Source: a virus. From it: DNA of 64,000 nt. The notes under the pieces are model-generated. The model had not been told where the DNA came from and did no database searches. It worked only from the letters and a program-made list of their open reading frames with translations. Each line of letters opens with the position of its first letter. The stretch's first letter is position 1. This document shows, in pieces, positions 41,636 to 51,157 of the stretch. Where the stretch lies: the IMG/VR virus record IMGVR_UViG_3300044995_000369, positions 15,196-79,195 of that record. One strand, 5' to 3'. The translations under genes were made by a program, and so were the position numbers.

Positions 41636-42349
41636 TTATTTGTTTCTGCCTGTTCCCTCACTTCTAGGACCCATAAAGCTAACGAGAGAAAGATATATTA
41701 CAGAGCATGCTGTAGGAACGCTGTATTTATCTGCATAGTCATACAGCATTGATGTCATATCTGAGATTTCTTTTGCTCCCCAGGTGAAGTAGAAGGTAGA
41801 TAATAGTAAGTGGGTAAATTCTTTACTAAACCTCAACTTTTGAAACTTGTCTTCTCTACTTTTAAATCCACATACATAAGTATTTATAAACTCATACAGA
41901 GTATTATTCCAATTCATTGCCCCATCTTCTTTAGACTTTTCGAGTATACTGACTATTTCGTCTTTGTACTCTTTTCCATATCTATACTCCAGGACTCTGC
42001 AAGACTTATGGTATATTTTTTTACCCAACCACCCCAACCCAACATGATGTTGAGCATACAACTCCAGACAAGAAAGGATCCATTCATAAGTCGGAATGGG
42101 AAATAGTCTGGAACTATCATATATAAAGTTATCTTTTTGAGTAGGTACTAAGATAGCTAGCTTTTTGTTGTATCTCCTACCTATTTTACACATGTAATTG
42201 TTGACCGTGCTCTGGACTGTCTTTTCTCCTCTGGGAATCTGGTTTGGTCCCTTAAGAATTATATTTACTATACATTCTCCTACTCCAAATGGAAGAAATG
42301 AAGGTTCTTCCCTCGTCGCTTCTTCGAATTTGCTAAGCATTTCTTGCAT
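41636..42349 (-). CDS. Hypothetical protein
   Basis: 237-aa ORF with AGGAG SD, located between portal and protease. Confidence 0.7.
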   Translation of the reverse strand: MQEMLSKFEEATREEPSFLPFGVGECIVNIILKGPNQIPRGEKTVQSTVNNYMCKIGRRYNKKLAILVPTQKDNFIYDSSRLFPIPTYEWILSCLELYAQHHVGLGWLGKKIYHKSCRVLEYRYGKEYKDEIVSILEKSKEDGAMNWNNTLYEFINTYVCGFKSREDKFQKLRFSKEFTHLLLSTFYFTWGAKEISDMTSMLYDYADKYSVPTACSVIYLSLVSFMGPRSEGTGRNK

Positions 42350-42357
42350 AGGACTCC

Positions 42358-44010
42358 TTAGTCCAACTTACTTCCAGGTGTTTGCTCACCATACTGGTTT
42401 GAAGGATTTACAGATCTGTAGGAGGAATCTCTACCCTTTGAAAGAATAAACTCTTTGATTTCCTTTTTCTCTTCTTCTGTTAGAGGCTTTTCACCTATTC
42501 TGTCTAACAAACGACTGGGAGGTATAACGTAGGCATTCACGAGATTGGTTAGCTGGTTTACGTAAGCAATATATTTCGTTCTATCTATTTCTACCAACCT
42601 CACTTTGAGAGGCATCTCTTCAAAATAGCTACCTCCCATACCAACCCAAATGTCCCTTAGTATTTCCTCCTCTAGCTTCTCAGCAACCAAATTACAGGTC
42701 ATCCATATAATATCGTTAGAGGAAGCTTCGATTGCTTCCCCTGCTTGTCTTCCAGCAGAACCTCCATCTCCTAACAATAGCGCAGCAGTGTCCATACTCC
42801 TGGTGATTCTTTGAGATAAGTAATCAACGAACTTGTCCAAAGGGATATTTGATCCATTAGGATATTTCAGCTCTATCTTTAGTCTATTACTACCCACGAT
42901 AAATCCAATTGATTCCATGTTATCTATCGCGGTACGAGTTCTTTCTATCTCAGCATCTGCTTCTTCTTGGGAAAGGTTTTCACAATCAACAGTAGCTACT
43001 AAAATAGGATGTCCATACTGCCATCCCAAAAATACTAGGTTTTCTTCAAGAATTCTCATATCTTCTATGTCGTTTATGGAAGGCATAGAAGGAGGCATTG
43101 ATATTGGAGCATTCTTCTCTATGAAATATCTGAAATGAACTACATCTTTAGTGTCCAATTCCTCCCATGGGACAGGTTGTCCTATACCTCTGCCATAGTA
43201 TCCGAGATACTGGAGATAAGTTCTTCCCATTTTATCTGAGGAAAGGAGGGAAGGGTAAAGACCAAGGTGTCTGTTCATGTTGTTGTAGGTGTCCTCAGAC
43301 CAGGCTCTTGGGCGCAATCTCGGCTGTCTTATGTACTTTTCTATAGCATGAGTCTTGGGATCTACGATTACCCTATAAAAGAGAGGATCATCTGAAAGAA
43401 TCCTAACTAGTTTCCCAGAAGAGTTTCTATATTTCCTTACAAAGCTATTACCATAGGAATACACTTCCTTAAGTATGGTCTGAACGAGAGAAAGCCAAGT
43501 GATATTGGATTCTTTAAGCACAAGTCTAACTGCATTTTTAAACTGCTCAGATTTGTCTTGAGAACCTTTAGCTGCTTTATATCTAGAGTTCTCTACAAGA
43601 GTCATTTCACTTCTCATTGCCCTTGCAGTTGCCGTAACTACAAACTTCCTGAGAAGCCCCTCCTTTTCGTAGAACCTTTCTACCTTTGCTAAGTCATAGT
43701 CAGAAATTAGAGTGTACCTTTTAGTATCTGGCCTTGAAAGATTTGAACCAAGAATACTCTTCCTGACTAGGTGTTGAGTGCCACTTTTAGGGGAATAAGT
43801 AATATATGCGTGAGGACCTTTCCTTTCTATTTCAGGTGAGGAGTTTTTGACAATATGTTTAGCTAACTCCAGTATGTACTCCCTAGTATCCTCAGCGGAA
43901 AGTGGAAAAGAGTCTAATTCAGTGCCCGGGTCTTTGGCTTTTGTTGTATTTCTGCTACTTGTTAACTTGTTTCTGGAGAACAAGTTACTTATTGTATCCT
44001 TTAGCCCCAT
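42358..44010 (-). CDS. Portal protein
   Basis: 550 aa in terminase-portal-protease order; YSYGNSFVRK, DVVHFR and LLLGDGGSAGR portal-like motifs. Confidence 0.8.
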   Translation of the reverse strand: MGLKDTISNLFSRNKLTSSRNTTKAKDPGTELDSFPLSAEDTREYILELAKHIVKNSSPEIERKGPHAYITYSPKSGTQHLVRKSILGSNLSRPDTKRYTLISDYDLAKVERFYEKEGLLRKFVVTATARAMRSEMTLVENSRYKAAKGSQDKSEQFKNAVRLVLKESNITWLSLVQTILKEVYSYGNSFVRKYRNSSGKLVRILSDDPLFYRVIVDPKTHAIEKYIRQPRLRPRAWSEDTYNNMNRHLGLYPSLLSSDKMGRTYLQYLGYYGRGIGQPVPWEELDTKDVVHFRYFIEKNAPISMPPSMPSINDIEDMRILEENLVFLGWQYGHPILVATVDCENLSQEEADAEIERTRTAIDNMESIGFIVGSNRLKIELKYPNGSNIPLDKFVDYLSQRITRSMDTAALLLGDGGSAGRQAGEAIEASSNDIIWMTCNLVAEKLEEEILRDIWVGMGGSYFEEMPLKVRLVEIDRTKYIAYVNQLTNLVNAYVIPPSRLLDRIGEKPLTEEEKKEIKEFILSKGRDSSYRSVNPSNQYGEQTPGSKLD

Positions 44011-44032
44011 ATATTATGATACCCCATAGTTG

Positions 44033-46666
44033 CTATTTGAAACTCTTAAGATTCTCGACCATATTTAGAACACCTGAAAGTATTTCCTCTCTGCTTTTTG
44101 AAACATCTATTCTATTTACCGGATCAGAACCAGCAGAAAAGAACTCATCAACGGGGGCATCTGCTGGAACTAAGTTCAAACCATTTCTCTTCTCAATTAG
44201 CTGAATGAAGCCAATTTTGATTGCTTCTGAAAATATTGGAAAACTGTTGGTTGTATCTCCACCATTTACTGCACTTTTGTAATCTTCTATAACTTCTTTC
44301 CTGGTGTCTGGGAAAACTTCATTTCCATTGACATCAACCACTCTATTGCCTATTAGTTCCAGATCAGGGGTAGGAAAACTAGAAACACCAGAGCCTGCTT
44401 TGGGAGGAATTACCCCAACTGTGAGAGTCTGAGGAGCAGGTCCTTGTTCTTGATCTTCTAGCTTATCCATGATTGCTTTAGCGACATTTTCTGGGGGATA
44501 GCAATCTCCAATTCCTGTTAATAAATCAATCAAAAGCCTTATAAGTTCCTGGAGCTTCAGTAAAAAGGCCATTTTGAATCCAGATATCCTGAAATTGCCA
44601 AGTAGTTCTACATTCCTCGCAGTATATGGAATTATTTCCATACTCCACTTTTTGATAAGATCATATATCCATTTAATCCCACAATGAATCATCCCTAGAA
44701 AATCAGCTACGCCAAAGCAATTATCGTTCAGTAATGCTTTCAGTCTAGGTTGATTTTCTAGCTCCGTTAATGCATTGTCTATTGGGGCTAGTGCTATTGC
44801 TAAAAGAGTAACTAAGGACTGAGCTATACCTTTTTTCAGCAGTTCGAGCATTGTACCTAGCGGAAGGCCAAGTCCAGTAAACTCTATGCCCAGAGCTACC
44901 TCTGCATTGAGAGCCTCGATAAGCTTTTCCAGAAGTTTAAGGAACTCTAATATTTTTTGCACATCTTTGTTGCTACCAAATTCTTGAGCATAATCAAATA
45001 GCTCTGCAATATCTTTGTCCGGGCAGGCTTTCTTGTATTTGATTAAGTTTCCTACAATGACTATTGTATAAACAACGCAGCAAAATGTTTTATCTGATGA
45101 TAGACCAGATAACATTTTTGCGCTGACCACTGTCTTCCTAAACTCGTTAAGTAGCAAACCAACATTATCGTCTATTGTTTTTACAACTTTGTATATAGAT
45201 TTAAATGGTTCCATTTCTGGTTCTTCTGAACCATCAAAATCTATGGTTGTTTCTTTGGCTTCTATTTTCCTAAGTTCATCTGTAAAGCTTGTATCTATGT
45301 TGTTCTTAAATGCGTTTAAAATATCATCCTGTGTAAGATTACCATAATTACTAAGCTTAGAGAATGGATTAGCTCCCTCTATATCTAAGCCACACTTTTT
45401 TCCTCTACTATTGAGTGTGAATGTTGCAGTATATTCATAGTTTTCATTAAAGGAGGACTTAAGGGTAGTAATACTAGTTCTGACCGATCTGGACACATTT
45501 ATTGCATCTGCTGCTTTTCCGGCATTATAGAAAGGAATATTAGAAGACCTATTTTCACTCAGAGTATCTGTTAGTGCTTGGTTTCTTACGAGAAGATACT
45601 GCATTAATGTGTTAGCTGCTTCTCTTTCTCTCGCGCTAAATTCAGAAGTCTCACAAGCAGAACAAGGCTTCCTTGTTCTATCCTTTCTTGGACTGTCTTC
45701 AAATGAATTTAAAATGTCGTTTACTCCTTGTTTGAAGCAGTCACCAAACCTAGGTATCGAGAAAGAAGCTTCAGCATCCTCTCCTGACGACCCACAGCTT
45801 TCCCAATTTGGTTGGCAACAAGGAAGTATAGAAAACTGACTTTCAGTAGGGGTTTGTCCTGGTTTAAAACATTCGCCAGAAGTGCCGGTTCTGCAAGGAA
45901 ACCCCAACGCAGATTTTAGGATCCTTTCTAACTCCCCTATAGGCTTGGCTATTTTGATCCCAAGGTTTACTCTGAATGGGCCTATCTTTATTTTTAGTTT
46001 ATTTCTTAGATAGCAGCAAAGAAAACCTAAGGATGCATGGACAGCAAAAGCAACTATGAATCTGACCATAAAGAAAAACAACCAAAGGCCAGTTACTTTT
46101 GGACCGATATTCTTAGTTCTATTTTCAAAATCTCTTATCGGATTTCCATTAGTTGCTTCTTCTTTAGCTTTTTTGTATTCTGTATCTAAGTCGTTTACCT
46201 CTCCGTATAAACCAGCAAGTGTTGCTATACAATTAGCTTCACACTCTGTTAAGGATGTTCTACCTCTAGCTTCACCTAGTGCAGCACCTCTGTCTTCATC
46301 TGGTGCAACGTTAGTGAACTCTTCTGGAGTTTCTATAAGGTTATTCGCTATTTCTATGATATAGGTAGGAGCGCCTATTAGACTAAGGTCCATTTGGGAA
46401 ATGATCTTTTTTTGTAGAGCTATTGCTTCTGTTTCTACTACTATTGATCTATTAATGGCCCTATCAAGTATTTCATTTACCCATATAGAAAAGGGATCAA
46501 CTCCTTGGACTGGTTCAGCAGCTTGAGCGCTTGGAGCTATTGTCGTAGGAACCTCTGCTTGTAAATTTTCTTGAGGGCTTGTTCCCGAAAGATTAGGTCT
46601 TTCTATTTGATTATCTCTGATTATCGGAGATATTTCTGGTTTAACAAATATCTTACCCTTTGGCAT
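44033..46666 (-). CDS. Cys-rich hypothetical protein with hydrophobic segments
   Basis: 877 aa between terL and portal; several CC doublets; a TM-like GLWLFFFMVRFIVAFAVHASLGFLCC segment. Confidence 0.7.
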   Translation of the reverse strand: MPKGKIFVKPEISPIIRDNQIERPNLSGTSPQENLQAEVPTTIAPSAQAAEPVQGVDPFSIWVNEILDRAINRSIVVETEAIALQKKIISQMDLSLIGAPTYIIEIANNLIETPEEFTNVAPDEDRGAALGEARGRTSLTECEANCIATLAGLYGEVNDLDTEYKKAKEEATNGNPIRDFENRTKNIGPKVTGLWLFFFMVRFIVAFAVHASLGFLCCYLRNKLKIKIGPFRVNLGIKIAKPIGELERILKSALGFPCRTGTSGECFKPGQTPTESQFSILPCCQPNWESCGSSGEDAEASFSIPRFGDCFKQGVNDILNSFEDSPRKDRTRKPCSACETSEFSAREREAANTLMQYLLVRNQALTDTLSENRSSNIPFYNAGKAADAINVSRSVRTSITTLKSSFNENYEYTATFTLNSRGKKCGLDIEGANPFSKLSNYGNLTQDDILNAFKNNIDTSFTDELRKIEAKETTIDFDGSEEPEMEPFKSIYKVVKTIDDNVGLLLNEFRKTVVSAKMLSGLSSDKTFCCVVYTIVIVGNLIKYKKACPDKDIAELFDYAQEFGSNKDVQKILEFLKLLEKLIEALNAEVALGIEFTGLGLPLGTMLELLKKGIAQSLVTLLAIALAPIDNALTELENQPRLKALLNDNCFGVADFLGMIHCGIKWIYDLIKKWSMEIIPYTARNVELLGNFRISGFKMAFLLKLQELIRLLIDLLTGIGDCYPPENVAKAIMDKLEDQEQGPAPQTLTVGVIPPKAGSGVSSFPTPDLELIGNRVVDVNGNEVFPDTRKEVIEDYKSAVNGGDTTNSFPIFSEAIKIGFIQLIEKRNGLNLVPADAPVDEFFSAGSDPVNRIDVSKSREEILSGVLNMVENLKSFK

Positions 46667-49197
46667 CAGATTTTTCTCCGACTTGGTACTCTTGACCTGC
46701 TTGCCCAGCCTATACCAAAGGATCTCGGTCTAGAAGAATCATGTCCGCTAACGTGGACTGGCAGTGTTACCATTCCCATTTGTTTCATTTCTTGCTTTAG
46801 CAACTTAGATTTATTTTCTTTGTCGTTATCCATGGTGGAAAGGAGTGTCCTTTTTGTCAATACTTTTTGTTTAAGAATATCGGCATTAGTAGGAGTCCAT
46901 AAATCAACAGCTGATTTATAAATGTCTACAGGGCCTTCTAAATTCTTTCTTATCACTTTTTTGTTATCTTCTTTGACTATATGATAATTTCCTGATTTGA
47001 GGAAGTATACATACACAGCTAGCATTGCTGAAGCAAATTTGTGCAAATTGACTTTACTGTAGACTGGATATCCATTACTAGATATCCTTTCTATCTTGAC
47101 TGACTTAAGTTCGTTAATTAAAAGCTTTCTTTCTTTTTCAATATCTACTGGAGGAAGAGCTATTTTTTCAGACAACATTAGTCTTGTCATTACAGAGACC
47201 ATAAAAACTTTAAGAGGAAGTTTAACCATTTCTTCAGTGGTGTTGTCTTTTTTCTTCACAGTTTCTATTTCATAGTTAAGATTGATGCTTTCTCCGAAGA
47301 ATTCTGCAACTGGTATATATAAGATTTCTCCAAAATTAACTACCTCAAACCTGCCATTGAGCCATTTATATCTTTCCTGCTCTAATTTACTAGAAATGAT
47401 TTCCAAAGATAAAGCACCATATCCTTTATCCAATCCAATACCTACTGGCTGATATTTTTCGCAAAGTTCGAACAGCTTATCTACTGCTGTCATTTGAGTG
47501 TAAACAGGGTGTTCTATACTTATCACATCTTGGTAGATAATCCTTCCTGAAAGACCCGCGGGTTCCTTCCATATTGTTATTTTGGTGCCATTTGCTGCTA
47601 TATTCCAATCAACACCTATGTAAGTATTTCCCGGCATTTGCTCAATTTGTTCTGAAGAAAGATACCTTTTACCTTGGTATAGAATTTGACCCTTTTCAAA
47701 TAGAGCAACATCTCTTGCAACATCAACAGTTTCATCCGTAAATGCAGATGAACCAGCACTGACAAATTTTGCTTTGTATTCCCTGTCAAAAGAAGCTTCA
47801 TCTGGAGCAAGCAACCTTGCCAGTTTTTCTTTTTCCGGAGTCCAGGTAGGGGACTCCATGGAAGTATGATGGGAATGTATTTCTGCGTTCTGGCAGAACT
47901 CATAAAACCAACCTTCTGCGCCTAAGGGAGTGGATTGTGCCCATATAAACAAATTATTTGCAGAAGTGAGTAGACCAGACAGAGCAGTGAATGCTTGTGG
48001 GGCTATGAACGCAGTTTCATCAAAAAATAGCTTATCGCCTTTGGTACCACGAATTTGCTCCCAAGACTTCTTAGTTTGGGTGTGGAAGAACTTAATAGAA
48101 CTCCCATTTATAAGTTCTATTTTGGGGATAGCATCCTTACCCTTGAGGCCTCCGATGGCACTTTTTTGTGATCTATCTTCCTTTTTGACCATCGAAAGAA
48201 GTTCTTTATTTGTTTTAAGCATCCTTTCTACATAGTCGAATATGTCATTTAGATGCTTTTTTGTTGGAGCGTATACGACAACACTCAGGTTTTCTTCTGT
48301 AAATATCTCCCACAATAACCTTCCTGACAAAACAACCGTGTTATGAGTGACCGTAAAACCATCTGTTATATAAGTATGGGATTGGTTGTTTACAGTGATA
48401 CATCTAGATTGCTCTCTCCCAACTAACTTAACTGACACCAAAGATTTGAACTTTTTTGGATTTAGCACTATGCGGTAAATAGAGGATCCTTCAGAAGCAG
48501 TGGTATGGATTCCTAGACTCCTAAAGTGACCTACCATAAAATAAAACTCACTTTTGTCTTTTGCAAATAAGACATCTTCTTTATCAAAAGAAGAGAAGTC
48601 AAAGTCGTAATGAAACTCTATTTCAAGCATCCTGTTAACTATAGGAGTTCCCCTGTACATATGCACGGGTTTACATAGAGGAATCTTTACGTCTTTTCTA
48701 GAGATGAAATCTCTTAAAGGAAGTACTTCAGTTATATTTCCTTCTTCATCCGATAAAGCCCAAAGGTGTTCCAAACCACACCTTACTTTTGTATCGTCAT
48801 CAAAAGTAAGCTCATAAACATCCTTTACACCCTGCTCAAATATTTGTGAAACTTGGGCTGGCTTTCCATCCATCCCATATACGGTGTCCCCAACTTTGAG
48901 ACTCCCCATTTGAACAAACCCAGTAGGGGTTAGTACTCTAGAACTGTATGGTTGTTCTTTTCCTATTTGCCTTCCCCATCGTAATGCAACACTTTTTGCT
49001 TCTTGCAAAACTTCTATCTGGTATGGTCTTAATTTTATTGGCTTATCTGGATCATCTACGTCTGCAAGGTTGGCCTCTATCCACATAGAAGGAGTTCCTT
49101 CTATTATTATGTTTGCAGCAACCTCTTCTGTGATCTGGCCAAGTTCTACCATCTTCCTAAGGCCAGCTATCTCTTCTTTGCTTATGAACTTTCCCAT
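46666..49197 (-). CDS. terL: Terminase large subunit with intein
   Basis: LRPYQ Q-motif, Walker A GRQIGK|T split by the intein, YAPT, IRG, Walker B LFFDETAF, QSTP coupling motif, and nuclease motifs YIGVDW and GLDKGYG. Confidence 0.93.
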   Translation of the reverse strand: MGKFISKEEIAGLRKMVELGQITEEVAANIIIEGTPSMWIEANLADVDDPDKPIKLRPYQIEVLQEAKSVALRWGRQIGKEQPYSSRVLTPTGFVQMGSLKVGDTVYGMDGKPAQVSQIFEQGVKDVYELTFDDDTKVRCGLEHLWALSDEEGNITEVLPLRDFISRKDVKIPLCKPVHMYRGTPIVNRMLEIEFHYDFDFSSFDKEDVLFAKDKSEFYFMVGHFRSLGIHTTASEGSSIYRIVLNPKKFKSLVSVKLVGREQSRCITVNNQSHTYITDGFTVTHNTVVLSGRLLWEIFTEENLSVVVYAPTKKHLNDIFDYVERMLKTNKELLSMVKKEDRSQKSAIGGLKGKDAIPKIELINGSSIKFFHTQTKKSWEQIRGTKGDKLFFDETAFIAPQAFTALSGLLTSANNLFIWAQSTPLGAEGWFYEFCQNAEIHSHHTSMESPTWTPEKEKLARLLAPDEASFDREYKAKFVSAGSSAFTDETVDVARDVALFEKGQILYQGKRYLSSEQIEQMPGNTYIGVDWNIAANGTKITIWKEPAGLSGRIIYQDVISIEHPVYTQMTAVDKLFELCEKYQPVGIGLDKGYGALSLEIISSKLEQERYKWLNGRFEVVNFGEILYIPVAEFFGESINLNYEIETVKKKDNTTEEMVKLPLKVFMVSVMTRLMLSEKIALPPVDIEKERKLLINELKSVKIERISSNGYPVYSKVNLHKFASAMLAVYVYFLKSGNYHIVKEDNKKVIRKNLEGPVDIYKSAVDLWTPTNADILKQKVLTKRTLLSTMDNDKENKSKLLKQEMKQMGMVTLPVHVSGHDSSRPRSFGIGWASRSRVPSRRKI
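48340..48957 (-). mobile_element. 206-aa class 3-type mini-intein in the terminase P-loop
   Basis: GK|EQPYSSRVLTPTGF...CGLEHLW...RCITV...TVTHN|T. No N-terminal Cys/Ser; the W-C-T signature is present. Confidence 0.9.
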
Positions 49198-49264
49198 AAC
49201 TCTTTAAGGAATTATATAGTATCATATAGGTGTGTATAAGAAAAGCTAAAAATTGGAGAATACT

Positions 49265-49711
49265 ATGCTTACAAAGCAACCTAATCTTCGAGAATTAGAG
49301 AAACTTTCGTTGTACGCCTACAGAACTAGTATGTCTTTGAAAGGTATAAATCCAAATAAAGAAGTTCAAAAGATTAGAGTAAGTATGCCGTTTTCGGTGT
49401 CGAACCCGAGATTGAATAATATCGGTTCAGCATCCAAGGCTCTTTTATCTAAAATTCCATCTTGGGAAACTACAAAATCATTAGGAAGATCTTTTGGGAA
49501 AGGTGGCTTGGTCGGGGCAGCAATAGGAACACCAATTCTTTTCGGAATAGTGTCTGCGATAAGCTCAAAGGCAGACTCTTTGAGAAGACCTCCAGTAATA
49601 CATACAAGTAGAATAAGAAGCACTGGTCAAACAAATCAGTACTACAATTTGGGAGTTGATCCATTTGCAGGAGTGAGATTTGCTGGAAGGAAAAGAAACT
49701 TCATGGTTTAA
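49265..49711 (+). CDS. Small basic hypothetical protein with a Gly-rich hydrophobic segment
   Basis: GGAG SD before the ATG at 49265; GGLVGAAIGTPILFGIV. Confidence 0.65.
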   Translation: MLTKQPNLRELEKLSLYAYRTSMSLKGINPNKEVQKIRVSMPFSVSNPRLNNIGSASKALLSKIPSWETTKSLGRSFGKGGLVGAAIGTPILFGIVSAISSKADSLRRPPVIHTSRIRSTGQTNQYYNLGVDPFAGVRFAGRKRNFMV

Positions 49712-49717
49712 CAGCAA

Positions 49718-51157
49718 ATGCCCTTACCTATAATACAAGCCCAAAACCAAGAGTTTGCCCAGCAGCTAGCAGCATACAGGAATGCTAGACTGATGGCAAC
49801 ACAAAATCCGCAACTTTTGGAAGTCAGCCAACCTTGGGAAGAATTCAAGGATTCTGCATTCGAGGAATATCTAAAAAATCAATTAGATAATGTTGCCACC
49901 GTATTTTCGGCTGGAGTTAGAGAGAGATTCCTTTCAACTTTGGGCATAGGTTCCAACTTAGGAAAAGCAAATCCAACGCCTCTTGTAGCTAGAGTAGGAA
50001 AAGCAACAGCAGATATATTATCAGACACTGCGGGTTACATATATCAGGGTAACGCATTCGGTGGAAAGAAGTATTCAGATGCAATGAATGCAGTAAGGTG
50101 GTTTGTACCAATTGCACAAGACCCTTCAACTACTACGAGAATAGGTAGACTTGCAAATTCACTTTTAGGGAGAAATGCGGGCAGAATTGGAGCAGGTCTC
50201 AGAAGCTATCTAGGCTGGAACTGGATGCTTGGTAATCCACAGGACATGTCTTTTGGAGAGCATGTTTGGAGTTTAACCAAGCACATGGCACTCTCTTATG
50301 GAATGGATATTGTGCTAGGAAAAATGATGCGGAACCCAGGAAAGATTCTGGAACATTTGACAAGTTTTTCAGAGCAGAGCTTCTTTTCAACATACATAAA
50401 AAGTGATCCTATCAAAGAAGTAGAACAGTACTTCAGTAGAGGCCTAAAAAGAAACTTGGATAGCTTCCGGAAAAGCAAGTTTAGGGGAAAGTCAAACAGA
50501 AACATTAGATACAGAAGATTAGTTAGCAGGCTCAGCAAAGAGATTAATGACCTTCCTTTTACAGCAAAAGAAACCCTTTACAGATATACGAAAGACCAGA
50601 TGGCTAACATACTTGCAAAATCTGGCCAAGGTCCTATGGAAAGAGTTGCTAACATTGCAAGAAACGTTATAAGCAACTCAAAGTTCTCACATACTGGTGC
50701 TGCAAGGCAATCCGGAAGATTTTTAGACATGTTTGCTGGTGGAGCAAGAAGTAACACAGTACATAAGAGTTTACTTGAAACTGCAAGCACTGCTATAAAA
50801 TCTACTTCATCGTTCATGATAGGAAGAACAAGTGGAGAAGTAGCAGCAAGGGATATTGGTGCTTTAACAAGCAGGTTGACAAAAAGTGCGCTAAACCTCG
50901 GGGGAGCAGCACTTAGGGTTGCCAATATTACATCCGGTGTAATAGGAGCAGCGAACTTGGCAGTTGAGACTTCGAGATATAGGGACAAGCTAAGAGTAGA
51001 GTACATTAAAAATATGATGTCAGATTCTATGGCATATTCTTATATGCCAGAAATGGGAATGTCTGGAACTGAAAGAACAAGGGCGATTGAAGCAATACAA
51101 AACTCTGCTATGGGTCTCAGAAACTTTCTGGGAAACGAAGGGCTAATGATGCACTAA
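49718..51157 (+). CDS. Basic Ala/Gly-rich hypothetical protein (possible internal virion protein)
   Basis: 479-aa ORF with composition similar to the giant ejection-like proteins. Confidence 0.7.
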   Translation: MPLPIIQAQNQEFAQQLAAYRNARLMATQNPQLLEVSQPWEEFKDSAFEEYLKNQLDNVATVFSAGVRERFLSTLGIGSNLGKANPTPLVARVGKATADILSDTAGYIYQGNAFGGKKYSDAMNAVRWFVPIAQDPSTTTRIGRLANSLLGRNAGRIGAGLRSYLGWNWMLGNPQDMSFGEHVWSLTKHMALSYGMDIVLGKMMRNPGKILEHLTSFSEQSFFSTYIKSDPIKEVEQYFSRGLKRNLDSFRKSKFRGKSNRNIRYRRLVSRLSKEINDLPFTAKETLYRYTKDQMANILAKSGQGPMERVANIARNVISNSKFSHTGAARQSGRFLDMFAGGARSNTVHKSLLETASTAIKSTSSFMIGRTSGEVAARDIGALTSRLTKSALNLGGAALRVANITSGVIGAANLAVETSRYRDKLRVEYIKNMMSDSMAYSYMPEMGMSGTERTRAIEAIQNSAMGLRNFLGNEGLMMH

